Assembly: GCA_021846445.1 (NCBI GenBank)
Contig: JAJZWY010000001.1
Span: forward strand, 23,379 to 87,378
Reading direction: 5' to 3'
Length of the DNA: 64,000 nucleotides
Origin: a bacterium
Lineage (GTDB): Bacteria > Patescibacteriota > Saccharimonadia > Saccharimonadales > UBA4665
Positions within the stretch are counted from its first letter, which is position 1, and each line of letters opens with the position of its first letter. Below are positions 1 to 8,645 of this stretch, piece by piece. The notes beneath the pieces are model-generated. The model did not search any database, was not told the DNA's origin, and saw only the letters and a list, made by a program, of their open reading frames with translations. The position numbers were made by a program, and so were the translations under genes.

Positions 1-1
1 A

Positions 2-82
2 GATGATGAGCTTAGCTATAGCGAAATAGCTAATCGACTGGAAGTCAATAAAAAATGTTATGCGCCACGTAGACTTATTTGA
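2..82 (+). CDS. 3' end of a CDS cut by the window edge; C-terminal HTH resembling sigma-70 region 4
   Basis: Frame 2 reads DDELSYSEIANRLEVNKKCYAPRRLI-stop. The LSYSEIA..L.V pattern is typical of region 4.2/LuxR-type HTH. Only 26 codons are visible. Confidence 0.3.
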   Translation, partial: DDELSYSEIANRLEVNKKCYAPRRLI

Positions 83-169
83 AACGCAAAGATAGAGGCT
101 TAGCTAGAAATAGCTTAAAATGCACTATTAATGAATATTTTTATTTTAAATAAGCTATAATTGGTATTG

Positions 170-1396
170 ATGTCTAAAAATAAACGAACTTATTCTAGGA
201 AGATGTTCCATTCAAAAATATTTTGTTTTTTAACTGGAGGGATTGTTTTAGTAGCTTTGCTGAGCGGAGCTTTTATTTTAGGTATTAACTTTGGGAATGG
301 AAATATTTCACTTAGTAATAATACTAATTTGAATCAATTACCTACTTCTTTAAATTATTCCTCAGTAAATACCGTATATACAATCTTAAAGAATAATTTT
401 GATGGGAAATTAACTGCGAATCAGATTATGAACGGTATTAAGCAAGGTTTGGTGAACTCTGCTAATGATCCTTATACGGAATATTTTAGTCCATCTCAAG
501 CTAAAGTATTTAACTCAGAATTAAATAATTCGTTTACCGGAATTGGTGTTGAATTAAGCCAAAATTCCAATAAACAAATCATAATTATTTCTCCGTTAAA
601 GGGTAGTCCTGCACAAACTGCCGGTCTTTTGCCAGGGGACATAATTAGTAGCATTAATAATATCTCAACCACTAGTATGAGTATTGATACTGCGGTCAAT
701 GATATTCGTGGACCAGCAGGTACATCAGTCAAACTAGGTATTATAAGGGGGTCTAGTAATCTTGTTGTCAAAATAACGAGAGCAACCATTAATATTCCTA
801 CAGTAAATTACAAAATTATCGATAACAATATTGGGTATGTCCAAATAACTTCATTTAGCAACGATACTTATGGGTTGGTGGAAGATGCGGCTAGTACTTT
901 TTTAAAAGGCAAAGTTAAGGGGATAATTTTGGATTTAAGGGATGATCCGGGTGGTTATTTATCAGCTGCTATCAATGTATCGAGCCTTTGGTTAAATCGG
1001 GGACAGACTATTTTGACTGAAAAAAGAGGAGATCAAGTTGTTGATAGCTTTAGTTCACCTACAACGGGAGTTTTAAGTCATATTCCGACAGTAGTTTTAA
1101 TCAATTCGGGGACTGCTTCTTCTGCAGAAATAACCACAGCGGCACTTCATGATAACGGACATGCCTATATAATTGGTACAAAAAGTTTTGGGAAGGGAGT
1201 TGTTCAACAGTTATTTAATTTGCCGGGTGGAGCTGAATTAAAGGTTACGGTTGCTAGTTGGTATCGCCCAGATAATAAAAATATTAACAAGATAGGTATA
1301 TATCCCGATCAAGTCGTTAATATGAACGATAAATACATTAATACTCCGAACGATTCACAATTGTCCGCTGCCATAAATTATTTTAATAAGCATTAA
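170..1396 (+). CDS. C-terminal processing (tail-specific) peptidase, S41 family, with PDZ domain
   Basis: N-terminal TM anchor and PDZ-like GIGVEL...GLLPGDII. S41 hallmarks are DLRDDPGGYL, the Ser region NSGTASSAEI and the Lys region KSFGKGVVQ. The ORF opens at TTG 161, but a TATAAT at 156-161 overlaps it, so ATG 170 is preferred. Confidence 0.85.
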   Translation: MSKNKRTYSRKMFHSKIFCFLTGGIVLVALLSGAFILGINFGNGNISLSNNTNLNQLPTSLNYSSVNTVYTILKNNFDGKLTANQIMNGIKQGLVNSANDPYTEYFSPSQAKVFNSELNNSFTGIGVELSQNSNKQIIIISPLKGSPAQTAGLLPGDIISSINNISTTSMSIDTAVNDIRGPAGTSVKLGIIRGSSNLVVKITRATINIPTVNYKIIDNNIGYVQITSFSNDTYGLVEDAASTFLKGKVKGIILDLRDDPGGYLSAAINVSSLWLNRGQTILTEKRGDQVVDSFSSPTTGVLSHIPTVVLINSGTASSAEITTAALHDNGHAYIIGTKSFGKGVVQQLFNLPGGAELKVTVASWYRPDNKNINKIGIYPDQVVNMNDKYINTPNDSQLSAAINYFNKH

Positions 1397-1461
1397 TTTT
1401 TAGGTTGTTATTAAATAGTATTAATCGTATAATTTACTTTGATAATTGAGGAAGTAAGTAG

Positions 1462-3063
1462 GTGAATAAGCCAACAAAATATATTTTTGTTACTGGTGGA
1501 GTGATATCTGGGCTTGGAAAGGGTATAACGGCTGCCTCAATTGCTAATCTCTTAAAATCTAGGGGGTTAAAGGTTAACCTTCAAAAATGTGATCCTTATC
1601 TAAATATGGATGCAGGTTTACTAAATCCACGAGAACATGGTGAATGTTTTGTTACATTTGATGGTGCAGAAACTGATTTAGATCTTGGTCATTATGAGAG
1701 ATTTATTGACCAAGAACTCAATAATAAGAGTTCTTTAATGGCTGGAAAAGTATTATATAACTTAATTCAAGATGAAAGAGCGGGAAAGTTCGACGGAGAT
1801 GATGTTCAAATCATTCCTCATTTGACCAATGCAATACAACAATATATTGCTGATGCAAGCAAGGGTTTTGACGTTCATATAGTTGAAATTGGTGGAACAG
1901 TTGGCGATTATGAGTCTTTAAGTTTTTTTGAGGCAATAAGAGAATTTGGTATTAAGTATGGGTTAGAGAATTGCCTATATATTCATGTAGTTTATTTACC
2001 ATTTATTAATACTTCAAAGGAAATAAAGACTAAACCTGCTCAAAATTCTTTAAGAGATTTAAGGGGTCTTGGAATCCAACCAAATATCCTGGTTTGTAGG
2101 AGCGAAAATGGGTTTAATAATTATAGAATCATTCAAAAAATTAGTTTATTTGCCGGTGTTCCGAATGAGAGAATTGCTATTTTACCTAATGCTAAATCAA
2201 TTTATGAGATACCATTATTATTAGAAAAGTTTGGCATAGCCGAACAAGTAGTAAAACTATTGAAATTAAAAGCTACTAAACCTAATTTAAAAAAATGGCA
2301 AAAGATGGTTGATTTAGCTAACAAAAAATTTGATCAAAAAATTAATGTAGCCATAATTGCTAAGTATCTTGACAATGCCGACACCTATATATCTGTTTTT
2401 GAGGCATTAAAATCAGCAGCTCTTTGGAATAACGTCAATATAGAAATTACTTGGGTGGATGCTTCCGAAATCGAATCCGGCAAATATGACTTAAATGATC
2501 TAAAAAAATTTGACGGGATGTTGGTACCTGGTGGTTTCGGAACCTCTGCACTAGAAGGTAAAATTAAGGCTGCTCAATATGCTCTTAAAAATAATATGCC
2601 TTACTTGGGATTATGCCTTGGTCTTCAAATGGGTGTCATTGCCGCTGCTCGTAATAAAGGTCTAACTAAGGCTACTTCTTTTGAAATAGACCCAGGATCT
2701 AAAGAACAGATTATTATAACAATGAAAGACCAAAAAGGAAAAGAACAAACTGGTGGGACGATGCGTTTAGGAAATTATTTTTGCAAAATTTTGCCAGGGA
2801 CAATCACTAAGAGATTATATGATAAAGACTTAATTGTCGAACGGCATAGGCATCGAGGAGAATGTAATCCAAAATATACAAAATTTTTTGAGCAATGGGG
2901 TATTCGTATTAGTGGACTAAACCCCGAATCAAAATTAGTTGAAATTATCGAAGGAATTGACCATAAATTTTTTATAGGTACTCAATTTCACCCAGAATTC
3001 AAAAGTAGACCTACTTTACCTCACCCTCTGTTTGTTGGCTTCATTCAATCGATGAAAAGCTAA
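1462..3063 (+). CDS. pyrG: CTP synthase
   Basis: N-terminus YIFVTGGVISGLGKGITAAS, glutamine amidotransferase Cys motif YLGLCLGLQ, and RHRHRGE near the C-terminus. Full length 533 aa. Confidence 0.95.
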   Translation: MNKPTKYIFVTGGVISGLGKGITAASIANLLKSRGLKVNLQKCDPYLNMDAGLLNPREHGECFVTFDGAETDLDLGHYERFIDQELNNKSSLMAGKVLYNLIQDERAGKFDGDDVQIIPHLTNAIQQYIADASKGFDVHIVEIGGTVGDYESLSFFEAIREFGIKYGLENCLYIHVVYLPFINTSKEIKTKPAQNSLRDLRGLGIQPNILVCRSENGFNNYRIIQKISLFAGVPNERIAILPNAKSIYEIPLLLEKFGIAEQVVKLLKLKATKPNLKKWQKMVDLANKKFDQKINVAIIAKYLDNADTYISVFEALKSAALWNNVNIEITWVDASEIESGKYDLNDLKKFDGMLVPGGFGTSALEGKIKAAQYALKNNMPYLGLCLGLQMGVIAAARNKGLTKATSFEIDPGSKEQIIITMKDQKGKEQTGGTMRLGNYFCKILPGTITKRLYDKDLIVERHRHRGECNPKYTKFFEQWGIRISGLNPESKLVEIIEGIDHKFFIGTQFHPEFKSRPTLPHPLFVGFIQSMKS

Positions 3064-3137
3064 ATAGCCTTATTTGATTGGTTTTATTTCTAAATACGCT
3101 TGATAATTTTAATTAATGAAGTTAACATAAGTACATT

Positions 3138-3530
3138 ATGGAATCTAACGCAAATTTAAAACGAATACTCTTAGTAGAAGACGATGATGCTCTAGCTAAC
3201 GTTTATATAGCTAGGCTACAGGCAGAAGGGTTTGATGTAAGGCGGGTAGCTAATGGTGAAGATGCCCTAGCCGACGCTCTAAGCTATAAACCGGATCTTA
3301 TATTATTGGATGTAATGATGCCTAAAGTTAGTGGTTTTGATGTTCTCGATATTCTAAGGAATACGCCAGAAACAGCTAATTTAAAAATAATTATGTTAAC
3401 AGCGTTAAGCCAAGAGAGTGATAAAGAAAGAGCACGTAGTTTAGGAGTTGATGATTATTTAGTAAAATCTCAAGTCGTAATAGCTGACGTTATAGAACGA
3501 ATTCGCTATCATCTTAGTCTCAATAATTAA
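3138..3530 (+). CDS. Receiver-only (CheY-like) response regulator
   Basis: ILLVEDDD acidic pocket, phospho-acceptor context PDLILLDVMMP, IIMLTALS, and YLVKS Lys. At 130 aa there is no output domain. Confidence 0.85.
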   Translation: MESNANLKRILLVEDDDALANVYIARLQAEGFDVRRVANGEDALADALSYKPDLILLDVMMPKVSGFDVLDILRNTPETANLKIIMLTALSQESDKERARSLGVDDYLVKSQVVIADVIERIRYHLSLNN

Positions 3531-3531
3531 T

Positions 3532-3804
3532 CTATATGACCCTTACTTCAGTCCTGTAGACACTTTTATTACTAAAGGTTCTAATTTTTCTTGAGCTGTA
3601 TTGAACAATCCCGTCTTTATTAGCATGGATGGTAAAATTTCTACTAATCTTAGTGCCCTCGCCAGGTCTTTTTGTCATCCCCACTTGGCGGACGATCACT
3701 TGTCCAATCTTTACTTTTTGTCCACCAAAAACTTTAACTCCTAGTCGTTGACCCGGTGAATCATGGATGTTTTTGGATGTACCACCAGCTTTTACGTGTG
3801 ACAT
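3532..3804 (-). CDS. rpmA: 50S ribosomal protein L27
   Basis: MSHVKAGGTSKN...GQRLGVKVFGGQ...G.IIVRQ-like core; 90 aa. Confidence 0.9.
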   Translation of the reverse strand: MSHVKAGGTSKNIHDSPGQRLGVKVFGGQKVKIGQVIVRQVGMTKRPGEGTKISRNFTIHANKDGIVQYSSRKIRTFSNKSVYRTEVRVI

Positions 3805-3805
3805 G

Positions 3806-4993
3806 CTATTCCTTTTCTAATAAAATCAATTGTCTGCCAACTGTTTGGTTAGATCTTATATAAATTAATTTTTGGGGATTTATCCCCTTACAACTTATCA
3901 AATTGTACCCCAAATTCTTTAATTGGTCAACAATTGGAAGATATTCTAAATTCTTTCCGTTTATATTCCAAACCGGTATTGCCAGACAAATTGTTATTTT
4001 CTGGCTAATTTGGGGATATAAATTAGTCAAGAAATCTTTTAAAAGTGATTCTATTTCTATCTTTATTTCGTTTACTTGATTGATCGATACTTTTCCTTGT
4101 AGAGGATTTCCTAAATATATTTCTGAGGCGATTAGGTCGAATTTAGGCCAATTTAGTTTTCTGGCATCACCAACTATAAACTTAGAGGTTGTTAAGTTCT
4201 CTAAAGCGAATCTATTAACTAGCCATTTAAGGTTATTTTTTGTATATTGAATCATTTTTTTATCAATATCCGAGCCTATTGTATTTAAATTCATTAATTT
4301 TGCTTCTTGTAAGACGACTCCTGTCCCACAAAATGGATCTAGGACGGTTAAATTTTTTTTGTTTTTTAATCTATAAAGAGCTAGATTTATAATTATCTGT
4401 GCTAACTTTGGGGGTAGCATACCAACTCTTGAATCTCTATTTGGCCGATCAAAATCTCTTTTTGAATAGTTATTAATATTTTGGACTTGAATGGTTTTGC
4501 CCAAAAATATTTGTTCTTTATCGCCCGATATAAGAAGTAATTCTAAATTGCCGAGTTTAGTTAAATTATTGTTAATAATAGTTGCAGCATTTAATTCTTT
4601 CTCTTGATTTTGGATAAACCTAATATTAAATTGTTTTTTCAATTTATTTTTAATTTCAAATCCTAATTTGTTTATTTTCGAGAACCTGGTAATTGCACCG
4701 TAATAACTTAATCCAAAATTCATTTTAGTATTATCCAGATGTTCTTTTTGAATAATTTCAGTTATTAAATTTTTAATTTTAGCTAAATTAAATAGATCGA
4801 TAATTCCCAATATTTTCCCAATTTTTATAGTTCCCCCCAGTCTATCTATAATCTTTTCGGGAAGATCGCTATTTTGATATATGGCAATGTTTGATTGATC
4901 TAAAAGCGTTAAATTGTTTGGTTCTAGTATAGAACAAAGTTCTGCATAAGCTATTTCTTTCTCTCTGCCTAAAATAAATATATATTGGTTCAT
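3806..4993 (-). CDS. Class I SAM-dependent methyltransferase, Trm11/RlmL-like (putative RNA N2-guanine or N6-adenine MTase)
   Basis: SAM motif I VLDPFCGTGVV, DID acidic loop, and a motif-IV-like IYLGNPL. It has an N-terminal non-catalytic (THUMP-like position) domain. The stop lies 1 nt upstream of the rpmA start. Confidence 0.5.
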   Translation of the reverse strand: MNQYIFILGREKEIAYAELCSILEPNNLTLLDQSNIAIYQNSDLPEKIIDRLGGTIKIGKILGIIDLFNLAKIKNLITEIIQKEHLDNTKMNFGLSYYGAITRFSKINKLGFEIKNKLKKQFNIRFIQNQEKELNAATIINNNLTKLGNLELLLISGDKEQIFLGKTIQVQNINNYSKRDFDRPNRDSRVGMLPPKLAQIIINLALYRLKNKKNLTVLDPFCGTGVVLQEAKLMNLNTIGSDIDKKMIQYTKNNLKWLVNRFALENLTTSKFIVGDARKLNWPKFDLIASEIYLGNPLQGKVSINQVNEIKIEIESLLKDFLTNLYPQISQKITICLAIPVWNINGKNLEYLPIVDQLKNLGYNLISCKGINPQKLIYIRSNQTVGRQLILLEKE

Positions 4994-5061
4994 TCAGGTA
5001 CTATTATAAACTGAAAAAAGATTTAATAAATTGATTTTAATTGGTTATAATACCTTGAAAC

Positions 5062-6117
5062 ATGAAAAATAATCCTTTTATAAAGACAAACTGGAAATTA
5101 ATTTTAAACATAATTACCATTTTTGCTTTAGTTTTACTGATCTATTTTACTAGGGATCAGATCTTATCTACGATCAAGAATTTAGCCCATATTGATGCTT
5201 GGGCGCTTCTCTTAATTATACCACTCGAAATATTAAATTATCATGCTCAAACTAAATTGTACCAAGGTCTTTTTAGGGTAGTAGGGAACAATTTACCCTA
5301 TAAATATTTATTTAAAATAGCATTGGAACTTAATTTTGTTAACCATGTTTTTCCGAGTGGCGGAGTGACCGGTATATCCTATTTTGGTGTTCGGATTAAA
5401 GATAAAGACCTAATTTCTGGAGGCAAGGCGACTTTAATTCAAATGATGAAATTAATTTTAACTATTTTATCTTTTGAAATTTTATTAGTTATTGGGGTGT
5501 TGAGTCTAGCCATATTCGGAAAAGTTGATGATTTAACTATTTTGGTAGCTGGCGTACTTTCAACCATATTATTTGGGTTAACCATTCTGTTTGTTTACAT
5601 TGTTGGTAGTCAATCAAGAATTGATCATTTCTTTGTATTTATAACTAAATCAATTAATAAACTATCTTATTTCATATTTAGAGGTAAAAAAGAATCAATT
5701 AATATTTTAAGAGTAAAAAAAGTGTTTAGTGATTTCCATGGGAGCTATAAACAGTTGGTTTCTAAAATAAAGGAGCTCAAGAAACCTTTTTATTATGCCC
5801 TACTAACTAATCTGACAGAAATTTTAGTTATTTATGTGGTTTATATTGCTTTTGGAAAATTTATTAATATAGGAGCAATTATTATAGCTTATGGGGTTGC
5901 TAATTTTGCAGGACTTGTCTCATTTTTACCTGGTGGAATAGGGATATACGAAGCTCTGATGACTGTTGTTCTAGCTTCTGCCGGTATCCCACCTCAATTA
6001 AGTCTGCCGGTAACAATAATGTATCGCGTGGTCAATACTGTGCTTCAGTTACCACCAGGCTATTTCTTATATCACAAAAACTTAAATATATCTAAAAAAC
6101 CAGAGATTAATCTATAA
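5062..6117 (+). CDS. UPF0104/lysyl-phosphatidylglycerol-synthase-TM-like (flippase-like) integral membrane protein
   Basis: About 8 predicted TM helices and the C-terminal LPGGIGIYEAL motif typical of this family. Confidence 0.5.
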   Translation: MKNNPFIKTNWKLILNIITIFALVLLIYFTRDQILSTIKNLAHIDAWALLLIIPLEILNYHAQTKLYQGLFRVVGNNLPYKYLFKIALELNFVNHVFPSGGVTGISYFGVRIKDKDLISGGKATLIQMMKLILTILSFEILLVIGVLSLAIFGKVDDLTILVAGVLSTILFGLTILFVYIVGSQSRIDHFFVFITKSINKLSYFIFRGKKESINILRVKKVFSDFHGSYKQLVSKIKELKKPFYYALLTNLTEILVIYVVYIAFGKFINIGAIIIAYGVANFAGLVSFLPGGIGIYEALMTVVLASAGIPPQLSLPVTIMYRVVNTVLQLPPGYFLYHKNLNISKKPEINL

Positions 6118-6121
6118 AAAG

Positions 6122-7219
6122 ATGGAAGATCTTAGTGTAACTGAATTTATAAATTTGTTAAATATTTCCCTAGATAGTTCATTCCATTATGTAAGTATAA
6201 TTGGTGAGATTAGTGAATTTAAGATTCGCAAAAACCAATGGGTCTATTTTAATTTAAAGGATGAAAACAGTACCCTTAATTTTTTTGGATCTATAAATAA
6301 CATAAAGACTGAGTTAATTGACGGGATGCTCGTGAGAGTTGTAGCAAAGCCTAGAATGCATAATAATTTTGGGTTTAGTCTAAATTTTTATTCAATTTCA
6401 CCGTTTGGAGAGGGTAGTATTAAAAAATCACTAGACCTATTAAAGAACAAATTAGAAATGGAGGGTTTATTCGATATTTCTAAAAAGAGGAAATTAGCGT
6501 ACCCTCCTAACAAAATTTGCTTAATTACGTCCACCCAATCAGCCGCTTACGGGGATTTTATGAAAATACTTAAAAACCGCTGGGGTGCAATAAATGTCGA
6601 TGTTATAGATGTTTTGGTGCAAGGTGAAAATGCTAGAAATCAAATTATAAATGCCCTAAATTTTTGCCAAAATCTTAAAGGAATTGAAGTTATAGTTATT
6701 ATAAGGGGAGGGGGAAGCTTGGAGGATTTATCGGTATTTAATGATGAACAATTGACCAGGGTAATTGACAAATCCAAAGTACCAACATTAGTTGCAATAG
6801 GTCATGAAATTGATGTTTGTTTAGCAGAATTAGCAGCTGACATGAGAGCATCAACTCCTAGTAATGCTGCCGAGCAACTAGTTCCCGATAAACAAGATAT
6901 TTTAGAAAAACTAAATAAAAATAGAATACTTTTGGAAAAGAGGGTTAAGGATAATTTAGAGGAATATTTGGAAAGAATATTCCAAAACCAAAAAAAATTA
7001 GATAATGAGATAAAAACTAAGTTTAACTTTTTAGAGCATAGTATTGAAAATAAAAGTATCATCGTGGAAGCTTATAAGCTAGATAATATTTTGGAAAAAG
7101 GTTTTTCTATTGTTCGGAAAAATGGGAAACTTGTTAGGGACGAAAAGGATCTTAGGAATAAAGATATTTTGAATGTTAAATTGTATAAAGGTAATCTAAA
7201 AGTGGAGGTAAAGAAATGA
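6122..7219 (+). CDS. xseA: Exodeoxyribonuclease VII large subunit
   Basis: N-terminal OB fold (VSIIGEISEFKIRKNQWVYFNLKD), IIRGGGSLEDL and GHEIDVCL motifs. The small-subunit gene follows with a 4-nt overlap. Confidence 0.9.
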   Translation: MEDLSVTEFINLLNISLDSSFHYVSIIGEISEFKIRKNQWVYFNLKDENSTLNFFGSINNIKTELIDGMLVRVVAKPRMHNNFGFSLNFYSISPFGEGSIKKSLDLLKNKLEMEGLFDISKKRKLAYPPNKICLITSTQSAAYGDFMKILKNRWGAINVDVIDVLVQGENARNQIINALNFCQNLKGIEVIVIIRGGGSLEDLSVFNDEQLTRVIDKSKVPTLVAIGHEIDVCLAELAADMRASTPSNAAEQLVPDKQDILEKLNKNRILLEKRVKDNLEEYLERIFQNQKKLDNEIKTKFNFLEHSIENKSIIVEAYKLDNILEKGFSIVRKNGKLVRDEKDLRNKDILNVKLYKGNLKVEVKK

Positions 7220-7413
7220 TTTCAAAGAAAAATACTAAAAATTTTAATCAATTAATGGCAGAACTTGATGGAATTATTGTGGATTTGCAATCTAGTGCAA
7301 TAGATGTTGATAAGATGATGATTAAATATAAAAGAGCCACTAAACTAATAAAAGAATTAAAAAAATATATTTCAGAAGCAAAAATTAACGTCAATAAAAT
7401 CAAATTAGATTGA
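7216..7413 (+). CDS. xseB: Exodeoxyribonuclease VII small subunit
   Basis: 65-aa helical protein (FNQLMAELDGIIVDLQS...) translationally coupled (ATGA) to xseA. Confidence 0.8.
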   Translation: MISKKNTKNFNQLMAELDGIIVDLQSSAIDVDKMMIKYKRATKLIKELKKYISEAKINVNKIKLD

Positions 7414-7453
7414 TTGCTTTATTTTTAAGTTATATTCTGATAAATTATAAAAC

Positions 7454-8119
7454 ATGAAACATAACCAAAATGGATCATTGGTTGCCACTATTGCTTTAGT
7501 AGTTTCGGTTTTACTGGTAATTTTGTTTGCCACTCTTTTTATCTGGGCATTTGAAGGTAGGCAAAGTTACAAGAACAACGATCAGATTTTGGTTAATCAG
7601 GCAGTTGCAGGAGCTAAGGCTGAACAATTAAAAACCGATAATGCTAATTTTGCGTTTCAATCTCAATTTCCTCTAGTAACTTATACTGGGCCTTCTCAGT
7701 ATGGTGGTATTACTATTGAATATCCCAAAAATTGGAGTGGATATGTTAGCTCTACGAATGGTAATTATCCAATTGATGGATATTTTAGCCCAGGGATTTT
7801 AACTACTGTCTCTGACTCTAGTATGTTAAATTTTGCTCTAAGATTTAGGATTAATCCTTCTTCGTATGCTAGTCTTTTGCAACAATATGATGGGTTACAA
7901 CAATCAAATTTGGTGAGTATATCCGCTTATTCTTTGCCTAAAGTGCCTTCTGTAGTTGGAGTTAAGATTGTAGGTGAAATGCTGGAGAATGGTCAAAAAC
8001 AGTCAACCGAAATCATCCTTCCTCTTAGAAATGAATCTCTAGAAATATGGACAGAAGGTAGTCAGTTTCTAAATACTTTCAATACCGAGATATTGCCCAA
8101 TATTTCGTTTTCTCCTTAA
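7454..8119 (+). CDS. Hypothetical membrane-anchored protein
   Basis: Single N-terminal TM (LVATIALVVSVLLVILFATLFIWAF) followed by an extracytoplasmic domain. No recognisable motif. Confidence 0.5.
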   Translation: MKHNQNGSLVATIALVVSVLLVILFATLFIWAFEGRQSYKNNDQILVNQAVAGAKAEQLKTDNANFAFQSQFPLVTYTGPSQYGGITIEYPKNWSGYVSSTNGNYPIDGYFSPGILTTVSDSSMLNFALRFRINPSSYASLLQQYDGLQQSNLVSISAYSLPKVPSVVGVKIVGEMLENGQKQSTEIILPLRNESLEIWTEGSQFLNTFNTEILPNISFSP

Positions 8120-8645
8120 TGTTTATAGATAAGTTCAGGGACATATTGAAGTTCTCTAGTTTAAATTAACAGAGAGCTTTAATCAGTGTAACAAAGCTAC
8201 ATAATAGCAAGTTCAAATCAAAATGACTCAAACGAATAATGAACCTGGTGTTTAGCGACGAAATCTCTAATGTTTCTTTGGTTTTCTTAAATGTGTTTTG
8301 TTGGATATTAGCAACAGCCCGTTTGGTGGTAGTAATAAATGTCTGAATATTGTCTAAAACTTCTGTTTTAACGGTAGTGTCAATAACCGAAAAGTTAGAT
8401 ATTTATTCATCTTCTTCTAATTTAACCATAACTGGTTGGCTATGAGTACATTGGGGATATTTTTAATGGTACTATGACAAAGGTTAAAAGTATTGGAATA
8501 ATCAACACTTTTACAGTCTCTTTTAGGAATAAGTTATTTCTCGAAGTAAGTAACTTTAAGTAGTTGACAGACATAATATTGTGGGTTACTTTATAAATAG
8601 ATAAACCCAATATAAAATAAACAAACTTCAATATAAGGAATATAA

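Noticed and set aside
161-169. TTG start of the S41 peptidase ORF
   Set aside because: A TATAAT hexamer at 156-161 overlaps it, so ATG 170 is more plausible. The difference is only 3 codons.
8440-8631. 63-aa minus-strand ORF in the gap upstream of the surface-fibre gene
   Set aside because: It has no motif or ribosome-binding context, and it overlaps the likely promoter region (TTGACA at 8564-8569) of the 8646 gene. I treat it as spurious. The gap at 8120-8645 may hold a decayed gene, but I could not identify one.
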